A stretch of DNA of 64,000 nt, from positions 1 through 64,000 of IMG/VR virus record IMGVR_UViG_3300031605_001661; one strand, written 5' to 3'. The notes beneath the pieces are model-generated. The model saw only the letters and a list, made by a program, of their open reading frames with translations, had not been told where the DNA came from and made no database searches. Numbering within the stretch: position 1 is the stretch's first letter; every line of letters begins with the position of its first letter. This document shows, piece after piece, positions 1 through 10,812 of the stretch. The DNA comes from a virus (taxonomy: Duplodnaviria > Caudoviricetes). Both the position numbers and the translations under genes were made by a program.

Positions 1-2
1 TG

Positions 3-3000
3 GCAACTGGTAGAACGATTGGAATGACAGGAGATGTCGTATGGACATCTGCAAGTTTCACTGGATCTGGCGATGTAACTGGCACGGCAACGATTCAAGC
101 CAATTCTGTCGATGGAACGATGATCGCTCTAGGCTCAGATGCTGGTGGCGACATCATGTACTACGACGGTACTAATTATATAAGACTCGCCAAGGGAAGC
201 AATGACCAAGTTTTAACACTTGCTAGTGGAGTTCCTTCTTGGGCCAATGCCAGTGGCGGCGGTGCCAGTGCTTTAAATGATTTGTCCGATGTAACATATT
301 CAAATGGCGACTTAACAATTTCCAGCTTGGACACAATTGTTGCTGGGCCTCTTACTGTCGATTCAAGCGAAAATATAACGCTAGACGCAGACGGCGGAAC
401 CATTCAGTTTGCCGACGCTGGAGTTTCATTGGGGGCTATTACTTCTTCTGGATATTCTGGGAATGCTGCCTCAGTGACAAACGGCGTTTATACTACTAAC
501 AATCTTTCGGTCATGGCTGCTACTACTTCTGCTCAATTAGCAGGAGTAGTGTCGGACAAAACAGGAAGTGGGGCATTAGTCTTTGCCACTAGCCCTACTT
601 TAGTCACCCCAGCATTAGGGACGCCAGCATCTGGCAATCTTGCAAACTGCACGTTCCCGACTCTTAATCAAGATACAACTGGTACGGCAACTATTGCGAC
701 TACCGTAACCGTGGCCGACGAATCTTCTGACACCACATGTTTTCCTTTGTTTGTTACTGCGGCAACTGGCAACTTGGCTCCAAAGTCTGGAACTAATCTA
801 GCATTTAATTCTAGCACGGGAATTTTGACGGCAACTGGGTTTGCGGGTGATATAACTGGCGACGTTACTGGCAACGCTGATACGGTAACCAATGGTGTTT
901 ATACTACTAACAATCTTTCGGTCATGGCTGCTACTACTTCTGCTCAATTAGCAGGAGTAATGTCGGACGAAACAGGCAGTGGGGCATTAGTCTTTGCTAC
1001 CAGTCCTACTTTAGTAACGCCTGCATTAGGGACGCCCTCTGCATTAGTAGGAACCAACATAAACGGAACTGCGGCAAGCTTGACAGTGGGCGCAGTAAAT
1101 TCAAGTATCCAAAATGCGGTTGAATTAAGTCCCCATGGAACAAGTGCTGGGAACACTGGAGAAATTAGGTTTTTAGAATTAGCAGCCACTGGAACCAACT
1201 ATGTTGGTTTCAAGGCTCCAGATGCAATTGGGACAGATGATTCTCAAATTTATGTGCTGCCTGCTGCTGATGGCAGCGATGGACAACAACTTACTACTGA
1301 CGGTGATGGAACCCTTTCTTGGGCTGCGGCAGCAACCGCCTCTGGGACTCCAACTACTATTACTGTGGCCGACACAACAGACACTAGTTCTTTTGTGGCT
1401 CTTTTTGAATCAGCCACTGGCGATCTTGGGCCAAAGACAGACGCAGGCATCACATATAATGCTGGCACAGGAATGTTGACCGCAACCGGACTAACTGGCC
1501 CGCTTACTGGAAATGCCACCACCGTGACAAACGGTGTTTATACTACTAACAACCTGTCGGTCATGGCCGCTACAACTTCTGCCCAATTAGCAGGAGTAAT
1601 ATCGGACGAAACAGGCAGTGGAGCATTAGTCTTTGCCACTAGCCCCACTTTAGTTACTCCTGCCTTAGGAACTCCAGCGTCAGGAACTCTAACAAACTGC
1701 ACGTTCCCGACTCTTAATCAAGATACAACTGGTACGGCAACTATTGCGACTACCGTAACCGTGGCCGACGAATCTTCTGACACCACATGTTTTCCAGTCT
1801 TCGTTACTGCGGCAACTGGGAACTTAGCTCCAAAATCTGGTACTAATTTAGCATTTAATTCCAGCACGGGAATTTTAACGGCGACTGGGTTTGCGGGTGA
1901 CATAACTGGCGACTTAACTGGCAATGCTGATACTGTAACAAACGGTGTTTATACTAGCAATAACCTTTCGGTCATGGCCGCTACAACTTCTGCTCAATTA
2001 GCAGGAGTAATGTCGGACGAAACAGGTAGTGGGGCATTAGTCTTCGGCACTAGCCCAACACTAGTAACTCCTGCCTTAGGAACTCCATCTGCATTAGTAG
2101 GAACCAACATAAGTGGAACTGCGGCAAGCTTAACAGCAGGGACAGTGACAAACGGGGTTTATACCAGCAATAACCTTTCAGTCATGGCCGCTACAACTTC
2201 TGCACAACTGGCGGGAGTAATATCGGACGAAACAGGAAGTGGAGCATTAGTCTTTGCCACTAGTCCTACTTTAGTAACGCCCGCATTAGGGACGCCCTCT
2301 GCATTAGTGGGAACTAACATAAGCGGAACTGCGGCAAGCTTGACAGTGGGCGCAGTAAATTCAAGTATCCAAAATGCGGTTGAATTAAGTCCCCATGGAA
2401 CAAGTGCTGGGAACACTGGAGAAATTAGGTTTTTAGAATTAGCAGCCACTGGAACCAACTATGTTGGTTTCAAGGCTCCAGATGCAATTGGGACAGATGA
2501 TTCTCAAATTTATGTGCTGCCTGCTGCTGATGGCAGCGATGGACAACAACTTACTACTGACGGTGATGGAACCCTTTCTTGGGCTGCGGCAGCAACCGCC
2601 TCTGGGACTCCAACTACTATTACTGTGGCCGACACAACAGACACTAGTTCTTTTGTGGCTCTTTTTGAATCAGCCACTGGCGATCTTGGGCCAAAGACAG
2701 ACGCAGGCATCACATATAATGCTGGCACAGGAATGTTGACCGCAACCGGACTAACTGGCCCACTTACTGGGAATGCCACCACCGTGACAAACGGTGTTTA
2801 TACTACTAACAACCTTTCGGTCATGGCTGCCACAACTTCTGCTCAATTAGCAGGAGTAATATCAGACGAAACAGGAAGTGGAGCATTAGTTTTTGCCACC
2901 AGTCCAACACTAGTAACTCCTGCTTTAGGAACTCCAGCATCTGGAACTCTAACAAACTGCACGTTCCCTACTCTAAATCAAGATACAACTGGGACAGCAA

Positions 3001-6000
3001 CTATTGCAACTACTGTAACCGTGGCCGACGAATCTTCTGATGCCACATGTTTCCCTTTGTTTGTTACTGCCGCCACGGGAAATCTAGCTCCAAAATCTGG
3101 AAGCAATCTAGCATTTAATTCCAGCACGGGAATTTTAACGACGACTGGATTTGCAGGTGACATAACTGGCGATGTCACAGGAAATGCTGATACGGTAACC
3201 AATGGAGTTTATACTAGCAACAACCTTTCGGTCATGGCTGCCACAACTTCTGCTCAATTAGCAGGAGTAATATCGGACGAAACGGGTAGTGGAGCATTAG
3301 TCTTCGGCACCAGTCCTACTTTAGTAACACCTGCCTTAGGGACACCCTCTGCATTAGTGGGAACTAACATAAGTGGAACTGCGGCAAACTTAACAGCAGG
3401 AGCAGTAACAAACGGCGTTTATACTAGCAACAACCTTTCGGTCATGTCCGCTACAACTTCTGCTCAATTAGCAGGAGTAATATCAGACGAAACGGGTAGT
3501 GGGGCATTAGTCTTCGGCACCAGTCCTACTTTAGTTACGCCTGCGCTAGGAACTCCATCTGCATTAGTGGGAACTAACATAAGTGGAACTGCGGCAAACT
3601 TAACAGCAGGAGCAGTAAATTCAAGTATCCAAAATGCGGTTGAATTAAGTCCCCATGGAACAAGTGCTGGAAACACCGGAGAAATTAGATTTTTAGAACT
3701 AGCCGCCAATGGAACCAACTATGTTGGTTTCAAGGCTCCAGATGCAACTGCTGGCCAAATCTATGTGCTTCCTGCTGCTGATGGTAGTGATGGACAACAA
3801 CTTACTACTGATGGCGATGGGACTCTTTCTTGGGCTGCGGCAGCAACCGCCGCTGGGACTCCAACTACTATTACCGTAGCTGACACAACAGATACTACTG
3901 CTTTTGTGGCCCTTTTCGAATCCGCTACTGGCGATCTTGGGCCAAAGACGGACGCAGGCATTACATATAATGCTGGCACTGGGACACTAAGTGCAACTGC
4001 TTTTTCAGGACCGCTTACGGGTAATGTTACAGGCAATGCAAGCGGTACTGCTCTCACCGTTACACAAGCAGCCCAAACTGCCATCACTTCCGTAGGAACT
4101 CTAACCGCACTGGCTGTAGACAACATCAGCATTGATGGAAACACTATATCCTCAACAGCCGGAACAGACTTAAACATTACCCCGCTTTCCGGTCAGCAAA
4201 TTGTCCTTGACGGTGCCATAGTTATAGATGCGGGCGTGGTGACAGGGGCCACCTCAATAACCAGCACTGCTTTTGTCGGAGACTTAACTGGAAACGCTGA
4301 TACTGTAACAAACGGTGTTTATACTAGCAACAACCTTTCAGTCATGGCTGCCACAACTTCTGCCCAACTTGCAGGAGTAATATCGGACGAAACAGGAAGT
4401 GGAGCATTAGTTTTTGGCACTAGTCCTACTTTAGTAACACCTGCCTTAGGGACACCAGCATCTGGAACTCTAACAAACTGCACGTTCCCAACTCTTAATC
4501 AAAATACGACTGGCACTGCGGCTATTGCGACTACTATAACTGTGGCCGATGAATCTTCTGATGCCACATGTTTTCCAGTCTTCGTTACTGCGGCAACTGG
4601 GAATTTAGCTCCAAAATCTGGTACTAATTTAGCGTTTAATTCTAGCACGGGAATTTTAACGGCGACTGGGTTTGCGGGTGATATAACTGGAGACTTAACT
4701 GGCAATGCAGATACTGTGACAAACGGTGTTTATACTAGCAATAACCTTTCAGTCATGGCCGCTACTACTTCTGCTCAATTGGCAGGAGTAATGTCGGACG
4801 AAACAGGTAGTGGGGCATTAGTCTTTGGCACCAGTCCTACTTTGACTACTCCAGCATTAGGGACGCCCTCTGCACTAGTGGGAACCAACATAAGTGGAAC
4901 TGCGGCAAGCTTAACAGCAGGAGCAGTAACCAATGGTGTTTATACATCTAACAATATTTCGGTCATGGCTGCTACTACTTCTGCACAGCTTGCAGGAGTA
5001 ATATCGGACGAAACAGGAAGTGGGGCATTAGTCTTTGGCACCAGTCCTACTTTAGTAACGCCTGCATTAGGGACGCCCTCTGCATTAGTAGGAACCAACA
5101 TAAGCGGAACTGCGGCAAACTTGACAGTGGGCGCAGTAAATTCAAGCATCCAGAATGCGGTTGAATTAAGTCCCCATGGAACAAGTGCTGGGAACACCGG
5201 AGAAATTAGGTTCTTGGAACTAGCCGCCAATGGAACCAACTATGTTGGCTTCAAGGCTCCAGATGCAACTGATGGCCAAATCTATGTGCTGCCTGCTGCT
5301 GATGGTGGGGATGGACAACAACTTACTACTGATGGTGATGGAACCCTTTCTTGGGCTGCGGCAGCAACCGCCTCTGGGACTCCAACTACTATTACTGTGG
5401 CCGACACAACAGACACTAGTTCTTTTGTGGCTCTTTTTGAATCAGCCACTGGCGATCTTGGGCCAAAGACAGATGCAGGCATTACATATAATGCTGGCAC
5501 AGGAATGTTGACTGCAACCGGACTAACTGGCCCGCTTACTGGGACGGCAAGTACTGCTACGGTTGCCACTAACTTTACAGTGAGCGCCAATGATAGCACT
5601 AACGAAACCGTATACCCTGTATTTGTGGATGGAGCAACTGGTTCGCAAGGTGCAGAAACCGACACGGGCTTGACGTATAATCCTAATTCAGGAACATTGA
5701 CTAGTGCTGCTTTTGTCGGAGCTTTAACTGGAAACGCCAGCGGTACTGCTGCCACAGTTACTGGTGCTGCTCAAACTGCTATTACTTCATTGGGAGACTT
5801 AACAGCACTAACAGTTGACGATGTTGTTATAGACGGCAAGGTTATCACGATGACCGGAAGTGCCGATGATACAGCCGTGTTTACCGCCGGTGCTGACGGC
5901 TCTTTGTCTATTGTTACAACTGATGCAACTGCGGATGCAGCAAATATACAAATCACCGCTGACGGAATGGTAGACATAGATTCAGCAGGTGCGTTAACTT

Positions 6001-9000
6001 TAGACTCAGGCGAAGCAATAAACCTTGAACCTGCTGCTGGTTCAGTAATCTTGTTAGATGGTACGATTAGCATAGATGCAGGCGTAGTAACTGGAGCAAC
6101 CTCAATAACCAGCACTGCTTTTGTCGGAGCTTTAACAGGAAACGCTGATACGGTAACCAATGGAGTTTATACATCTAACAATCTTTCGGTTATGGCCGCT
6201 ACTACTTCTGCTCAATTAGCAGGAGTAATATCAAACGAAACAGGTAGTGGAGCATTAGTCTTTGGCACTAGTCCAACATTAGTAACACCTGCGATAGGGA
6301 CGCCCGCATCTGGAAATCTTGCAAACTGCACGTTCCCCACTCTTAACCAAGACACAACAGGAACTGCGACTATTGCAACTACCGTAACCGTGGCCGACGA
6401 GTCTTCTGACACGACATGTTTTCCATTATTTGTCACCGCTGCGACTGGTAACTTAGGCCCAAAGTCTGGCACTAATCTAGCATTTAATTCTAGTAGTGGA
6501 GCGTTAACCGCAACATCTTTTGTGGGTGATATAACTGGTGACTTAACTGGCAACGCTGATACAGTAACAAACGGAGTTTATACTAGCAACAATCTTTCGG
6601 TCATGGCCGCTACAACTTCTGCGCAACTTGCAGGAGTAATATCGAACGAAACAGGAAGTGGAGCATTAGTCTTTGGCACTAGTCCTACTTTAGTAACACC
6701 GGCATTAGGGACACCCTCTGCATTAGTGGGAACTAACATAAGCGGAACTGCGGCAAATTTGACAGTAGGTGCAGTCACAAACGGTGTTTATACTACAGAT
6801 AGCGGAACTGTTAGCAACACGATGTTGGCCAATTCTTCCATTACTGTTAGTGATGGTTCAAATACTTCCCCAGTTGCTTTGGGGGGAACCATGACTTTTT
6901 CTGGGACGACCAATGAGGTTACTGTCGTTGAAGCGGCTGGCACAGTAACTATTGGGCTTCCAGATGATGTAACCATTGCAGGGGACTTAACTGTCAATGG
7001 AGATACCGTCACAGTTAATACGGCTACTCTTAGTGTTGAAGACCCGTTAATTATATTAGCCAGTGGAAACAACGGAGCCGACAGTGTTGATATTGGCTTC
7101 TACGGTCTTTATGACACCTCTGGCAGTCAGGATCTTTATGCGGGATTATTTAGAGACGCCAATGATTCCGGTAAGTTTAAGCTCTTCAAAGATCTACAGG
7201 CCGAACCAACTACTACAGTAAACACTTCTGGAACAGGTTATGCAAAAGCTACTTTAGTTGCGGATATAGAAGGAGCCTTAACTGGCAACGCTGATACAGT
7301 AACAAACGGAGTTTATACTAGCAACAATCTTTCGGTCATGGCCGCTACAACTTCTGCGCAACTTGCAGGAGTAATATCAGACGAAACAGGAAGTGGAGCA
7401 TTAGTCTTTGGCACTAGTCCTACTTTAGTAACACCTGCATTAGGGACACCCTCTGCATTAGTGGGAACTAACATAAGTGGAACTGCGGCAAGCTTGACAG
7501 CAGGGGCAGTGACAAACGGAGTTTATACTAGCAACAATCTTTCAGTCATGGCTGCTACTACTTCTGCTCAATTAGCAGGAGTAATATCAAACGAAACAGG
7601 AAGTGGAGCATTAGTCTTTGGCACCAGTCCGACATTAGTAACGCCTGTGCTAGGGACGCCCGCATCTGGAAATCTTGCAAACTGCACGTTCCCCACTCTT
7701 AACCAAGACACAACAGGAACTGCGACTATTGCGACCACCGTAACTGTAGCTGACGAGTCTTCCGATACGACATGTTTTCCATTATTTGTCACCGCTGTGA
7801 CTGGTAACTTAGGCCCAAAGTCTGGCACTAATCTAGCATTTAATTCTAGTAGTGGAGCGTTAACCGCAACATCTTTTGTGGGTGACATAACTGGCGACTT
7901 AACTGGCAACGCTAGTGGCACTGCTCTCACTGTTACACAAGCAGCCCAAACTGCCATTACTTCAGTAGGGACTCTGACCGCACTGGCTGTAGACAACATC
8001 GCCATTGATGGAAACACTATATCCTCAACAGCCGGAACAGACTTAAACATTACCCCTCTTGCCGGTCAGCAAATTGTCCTTGATGGTGCCATAGTTATAG
8101 ATGCTGGGGTTGTTACTGGGGCGACCTCGATAACCAGTACTGCTTTTGTCGGAGACATAACTGGCGATGTCACGGGTAATGCAAGTGGCACTGCCCTCAC
8201 TGTTACACAAGCGGCCCAAACTGCCATTACTTCAGTAGGGACTCTGACCGCACTGGCTGTAGACAACATCGCCATTGATGGAAACACTATATCCTCAACA
8301 GCCGGAACAGACTTAAACATTACCCCTCTTGCCGGTCAGCAAATTGTCCTTGATGGTGCCATAGTTATAGATGCGGGCGTTGTTACGGGAGCCACCTCAA
8401 TAACCAGTACAGCTTTTGTCGGAGACATAACTGGCGATGTTACAGGCAACGCAAGCGGTACTGCTCTCACTGTTACACAAGCAGCCCAAACTGCCATCAC
8501 TTCAGTAGGGACTCTGACCGCACTGGCTGTAGACAACATCACCATTGATGGAAACACTATATCCTCAACAGCCGGAACAGACTTAAACATTACCCCGCTT
8601 TCCGGTCAGCAAATTGTCCTTGATGGTGCCATAGTTATAGATGCTGGGGTTGTTACTGGGGCCACCTCAATAACCAGTACTGCTTTTGTCGGAGACATAA
8701 CTGGCGATGTCACGGGCAACGCTAGTGGCACTGCTCTCACTGTTACACAAGCAGCCCAAACTGCCATCACTTCAGTAGGAACTTTAGCAGGGCTTACAGT
8801 AGAGAAAAATGCTGGGTTGCTTGCAAGTTTCAAAAGAATAACTGGCGATGGCGCTGCTTATATTACTATTGACTCTTCTGCTGTCAATGATGATGAAGAT
8901 GCTCAACTTAGACTTAAGTCAGGAGTCGCTGGAAAGTGTCGAATCTATTTTGGAGACACTGCTGATTCCGATATAGGCCAGATTTGTTATGAGCATAGCG

Positions 9001-9395
9001 ATAATAGTCTAGGTATTAAAACCAATAACACAACGGCTATTTCAATTAGCAGTGCGCAGGTAACTACTTTTTCTAAAGCAACTAAACCCGCCCTTAAAGC
9101 CAACACAGACGGGACTACGGTTACCTTTGATGTGAATGAAGCAAACATGCATACAGTTACTCTGGGTGGCAATAGGACGTTTGCCATATCAAATGAAACA
9201 GCAGGTCAGAGATTCATAATTAGAATACTACAAGATGGAACAGGAAGTAGAACCGTGACGTGGTTTGGTACAATCAAATGGGCCGGAGGTTCTGCCCCTA
9301 CGTTAACTACAACAGCAAGCAAGGCAGATGTAGTTGGGTTTATTGTTACCGGAGCAGATACATACGATGGGTTTGTTGTAGGACAGAATGTATAA
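3..9395 (+). CDS. Giant modular repeat tail-fibre / virion fibre-like protein (5' truncated by window edge)
   Basis: The frame is open from position 3 (ATGRTIGMTGDVVW...), so the Met at 24 is probably internal. It is T/G/A/S-rich and built of recurring modules (VTNGVYTSNNLSVMAATTSAQLAGVISDETGSGALVFGTSPTLVTP; YVLPAADGSDGQQLTTDGDGTLSW). The C-terminal QDGTGSRTVTW...KWAGGSAPTLTT...D domain is typical of phage fibre tips. Confidence 0.8.
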   Translation, partial: ATGRTIGMTGDVVWTSASFTGSGDVTGTATIQANSVDGTMIALGSDAGGDIMYYDGTNYIRLAKGSNDQVLTLASGVPSWANASGGGASALNDLSDVTYSNGDLTISSLDTIVAGPLTVDSSENITLDADGGTIQFADAGVSLGAITSSGYSGNAASVTNGVYTTNNLSVMAATTSAQLAGVVSDKTGSGALVFATSPTLVTPALGTPASGNLANCTFPTLNQDTTGTATIATTVTVADESSDTTCFPLFVTAATGNLAPKSGTNLAFNSSTGILTATGFAGDITGDVTGNADTVTNGVYTTNNLSVMAATTSAQLAGVMSDETGSGALVFATSPTLVTPALGTPSALVGTNINGTAASLTVGAVNSSIQNAVELSPHGTSAGNTGEIRFLELAATGTNYVGFKAPDAIGTDDSQIYVLPAADGSDGQQLTTDGDGTLSWAAAATASGTPTTITVADTTDTSSFVALFESATGDLGPKTDAGITYNAGTGMLTATGLTGPLTGNATTVTNGVYTTNNLSVMAATTSAQLAGVISDETGSGALVFATSPTLVTPALGTPASGTLTNCTFPTLNQDTTGTATIATTVTVADESSDTTCFPVFVTAATGNLAPKSGTNLAFNSSTGILTATGFAGDITGDLTGNADTVTNGVYTSNNLSVMAATTSAQLAGVMSDETGSGALVFGTSPTLVTPALGTPSALVGTNISGTAASLTAGTVTNGVYTSNNLSVMAATTSAQLAGVISDETGSGALVFATSPTLVTPALGTPSALVGTNISGTAASLTVGAVNSSIQNAVELSPHGTSAGNTGEIRFLELAATGTNYVGFKAPDAIGTDDSQIYVLPAADGSDGQQLTTDGDGTLSWAAAATASGTPTTITVADTTDTSSFVALFESATGDLGPKTDAGITYNAGTGMLTATGLTGPLTGNATTVTNGVYTTNNLSVMAATTSAQLAGVISDETGSGALVFATSPTLVTPALGTPASGTLTNCTFPTLNQDTTGTATIATTVTVADESSDATCFPLFVTAATGNLAPKSGSNLAFNSSTGILTTTGFAGDITGDVTGNADTVTNGVYTSNNLSVMAATTSAQLAGVISDETGSGALVFGTSPTLVTPALGTPSALVGTNISGTAANLTAGAVTNGVYTSNNLSVMSATTSAQLAGVISDETGSGALVFGTSPTLVTPALGTPSALVGTNISGTAANLTAGAVNSSIQNAVELSPHGTSAGNTGEIRFLELAANGTNYVGFKAPDATAGQIYVLPAADGSDGQQLTTDGDGTLSWAAAATAAGTPTTITVADTTDTTAFVALFESATGDLGPKTDAGITYNAGTGTLSATAFSGPLTGNVTGNASGTALTVTQAAQTAITSVGTLTALAVDNISIDGNTISSTAGTDLNITPLSGQQIVLDGAIVIDAGVVTGATSITSTAFVGDLTGNADTVTNGVYTSNNLSVMAATTSAQLAGVISDETGSGALVFGTSPTLVTPALGTPASGTLTNCTFPTLNQNTTGTAAIATTITVADESSDATCFPVFVTAATGNLAPKSGTNLAFNSSTGILTATGFAGDITGDLTGNADTVTNGVYTSNNLSVMAATTSAQLAGVMSDETGSGALVFGTSPTLTTPALGTPSALVGTNISGTAASLTAGAVTNGVYTSNNISVMAATTSAQLAGVISDETGSGALVFGTSPTLVTPALGTPSALVGTNISGTAANLTVGAVNSSIQNAVELSPHGTSAGNTGEIRFLELAANGTNYVGFKAPDATDGQIYVLPAADGGDGQQLTTDGDGTLSWAAAATASGTPTTITVADTTDTSSFVALFESATGDLGPKTDAGITYNAGTGMLTATGLTGPLTGTASTATVATNFTVSANDSTNETVYPVFVDGATGSQGAETDTGLTYNPNSGTLTSAAFVGALTGNASGTAATVTGAAQTAITSLGDLTALTVDDVVIDGKVITMTGSADDTAVFTAGADGSLSIVTTDATADAANIQITADGMVDIDSAGALTLDSGEAINLEPAAGSVILLDGTISIDAGVVTGATSITSTAFVGALTGNADTVTNGVYTSNNLSVMAATTSAQLAGVISNETGSGALVFGTSPTLVTPAIGTPASGNLANCTFPTLNQDTTGTATIATTVTVADESSDTTCFPLFVTAATGNLGPKSGTNLAFNSSSGALTATSFVGDITGDLTGNADTVTNGVYTSNNLSVMAATTSAQLAGVISNETGSGALVFGTSPTLVTPALGTPSALVGTNISGTAANLTVGAVTNGVYTTDSGTVSNTMLANSSITVSDGSNTSPVALGGTMTFSGTTNEVTVVEAAGTVTIGLPDDVTIAGDLTVNGDTVTVNTATLSVEDPLIILASGNNGADSVDIGFYGLYDTSGSQDLYAGLFRDANDSGKFKLFKDLQAEPTTTVNTSGTGYAKATLVADIEGALTGNADTVTNGVYTSNNLSVMAATTSAQLAGVISDETGSGALVFGTSPTLVTPALGTPSALVGTNISGTAASLTAGAVTNGVYTSNNLSVMAATTSAQLAGVISNETGSGALVFGTSPTLVTPVLGTPASGNLANCTFPTLNQDTTGTATIATTVTVADESSDTTCFPLFVTAVTGNLGPKSGTNLAFNSSSGALTATSFVGDITGDLTGNASGTALTVTQAAQTAITSVGTLTALAVDNIAIDGNTISSTAGTDLNITPLAGQQIVLDGAIVIDAGVVTGATSITSTAFVGDITGDVTGNASGTALTVTQAAQTAITSVGTLTALAVDNIAIDGNTISSTAGTDLNITPLAGQQIVLDGAIVIDAGVVTGATSITSTAFVGDITGDVTGNASGTALTVTQAAQTAITSVGTLTALAVDNITIDGNTISSTAGTDLNITPLSGQQIVLDGAIVIDAGVVTGATSITSTAFVGDITGDVTGNASGTALTVTQAAQTAITSVGTLAGLTVEKNAGLLASFKRITGDGAAYITIDSSAVNDDEDAQLRLKSGVAGKCRIYFGDTADSDIGQICYEHSDNSLGIKTNNTTAISISSAQVTTFSKATKPALKANTDGTTVTFDVNEANMHTVTLGGNRTFAISNETAGQRFIIRILQDGTGSRTVTWFGTIKWAGGSAPTLTTTASKADVVGFIVTGADTYDGFVVGQNV
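900..3060 (+). repeat. Near-identical direct repeat, 1260-bp offset, within the fibre gene (ends approximate)
   Basis: Shadow ORFs 1201..1479/2461..2739 and 1250..1522/2510..2782 are identical at an offset of 1260; sequence lines 1081-1500 match 2341-2760. Confidence 0.9.
7885..8785 (+). repeat. 270-bp (90-aa) tandem repeat, about 3.3 copies
   Basis: The unit GDITGDVTGNASGTALTVTQAAQTAITSVGTLTALAVDNI...TAFV recurs with a period of 270 (shadow ORF ends 8066/8336/8606). A further single copy lies at about 4030-4290. Confidence 0.9.
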
Positions 9396-10804
9396 TGGCT
9401 ACTACTACTGTAAGTATAGGTTCAAATCAAAGTATAGACACAGAAACTCCTGGAGCGTCTTCTGGTGCTGGGCCTCTTTATACCGTCACATTCGGCACCA
9501 CTCCGAGTGGCATAGATGTTGGCGATATTGGATTCATGGACACTGAAGATGCTGGAGGAGGGAATGCTTCTGACTATACTTTTCTTGTCACGGCTATTAG
9601 TGGTTCGGATATAACCTTACAGTATTTGACTGACACGGGAGACAAGCTTGATCACTCTCCTCTTGGTCTTTATACTGGTGGCGGTAGTAGTGGTAGCGGA
9701 ACTCAGGCTCCTATGGTTTTCAAAAGAGCTTTCAGCACAATCACTTTATTTGAAGCTATGGTTGACGACGCTTCTCCAACATATTGGGAAACTGACCATG
9801 ATGTTGTTGGAGAGTGTCATGCAGACTCAACTTTTACTGACAATACGGTAAACTTCAGCGACAAACAAAGTTTGTCTTCTGTTAAGCTAACTGTGAACTC
9901 TGATGATAGACATGATGGCACAGCAGAAAGTGGTGTTCTATGGAAGCCAACTACTGGGTCTGGTCATGATCAAGGTATTATTAGAGTTGCTATAGACAAT
10001 CTTACCATTGAATGGCTAGATATAAGTCTTGCGAGTTTGGATTCAACCAACACCAATAAAACAGTAGTTCTTACGGGAACCAATGACGATTTCATTCTCA
10101 GGAACATGTTGGTTCATGATAAAGGCGGAAATCCGGGTTCTAATGGCCCTCATACCATTCATACAATAGGGGCAGGTGCTTCCACTGATACTTTAACTGT
10201 ACAGAATAATATTATATATGAAATAGTAGAGACAAATAATGATAGTACATCTGCTATAAATGTGAACCAATGGGCTGGAATTTCCAATATTTATAATAAC
10301 ACTATTTATAAGCTTACCTGTGCGGGCAGTAGCAAGGTATCCTCGGCAATTATTTGTGGCAATCCATCTTCTGCTGTAGCGAATGTAAAGAACAATATAG
10401 TTTCTCTACTGACTGTAGTTGGGGCTTCCACTCTAGCGAGGGCATATTGGAAAACAACGTCAGGCAGCACAATAAATACAGCCAATAACCTTTCAGACGA
10501 TACAACTCATGCAACCTATGACGCAGAAGATATGGGACAAGCACTGGATGATACTAGTGGCTTAATTGGAAAAACTTTGGCTGAAATAGATTTTGTTTCA
10601 ACGGGCGTTGGGTCAGAAGACTTACATATAGATACGGATTCGGTATGCCTAGAAGCGGGAGTTGACTTAGGGACTACAAATGAAGTTAACATAGATATAG
10701 ATGGTGTTGATAGAGATGCTACAGGCGTCACTTGGGATATAGGGGCAGATCAAGCGAGTGTTTCAGAAGCTGGCTCACCGGCCTTTATGATGTTTTTAGA
10801 TTAG
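9395..10804 (+). CDS. Right-handed beta-helix (pectin-lyase-like) virion/tailspike-like protein
   Basis: ATG at 9395 overlaps the upstream stop (TAATG). It has NNIIY/YNNTIY/KNNIV repeats and a C-terminal DLH...S.C...G...DIDG..R...WDIGADQ cap motif. Confidence 0.65.
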   Translation: MATTTVSIGSNQSIDTETPGASSGAGPLYTVTFGTTPSGIDVGDIGFMDTEDAGGGNASDYTFLVTAISGSDITLQYLTDTGDKLDHSPLGLYTGGGSSGSGTQAPMVFKRAFSTITLFEAMVDDASPTYWETDHDVVGECHADSTFTDNTVNFSDKQSLSSVKLTVNSDDRHDGTAESGVLWKPTTGSGHDQGIIRVAIDNLTIEWLDISLASLDSTNTNKTVVLTGTNDDFILRNMLVHDKGGNPGSNGPHTIHTIGAGASTDTLTVQNNIIYEIVETNNDSTSAINVNQWAGISNIYNNTIYKLTCAGSSKVSSAIICGNPSSAVANVKNNIVSLLTVVGASTLARAYWKTTSGSTINTANNLSDDTTHATYDAEDMGQALDDTSGLIGKTLAEIDFVSTGVGSEDLHIDTDSVCLEAGVDLGTTNEVNIDIDGVDRDATGVTWDIGADQASVSEAGSPAFMMFLD

Positions 10805-10812
10805 GAGAGAAG

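Noticed and set aside
900-8785. Long repeats as a CRISPR array or DGR template/variable repeat pair
   Set aside because: The repeats are in-frame coding modules without unique spacers. Differences are mostly synonymous rather than adenine-specific, and no reverse transcriptase or cas gene is in the window.
176-9187. Many minus-strand and alternate-frame ORFs inside the fibre gene
   Set aside because: They are shadows of Thr/Ala/Gly codon repeats, recur with the repeats and have no independent RBS or motifs.
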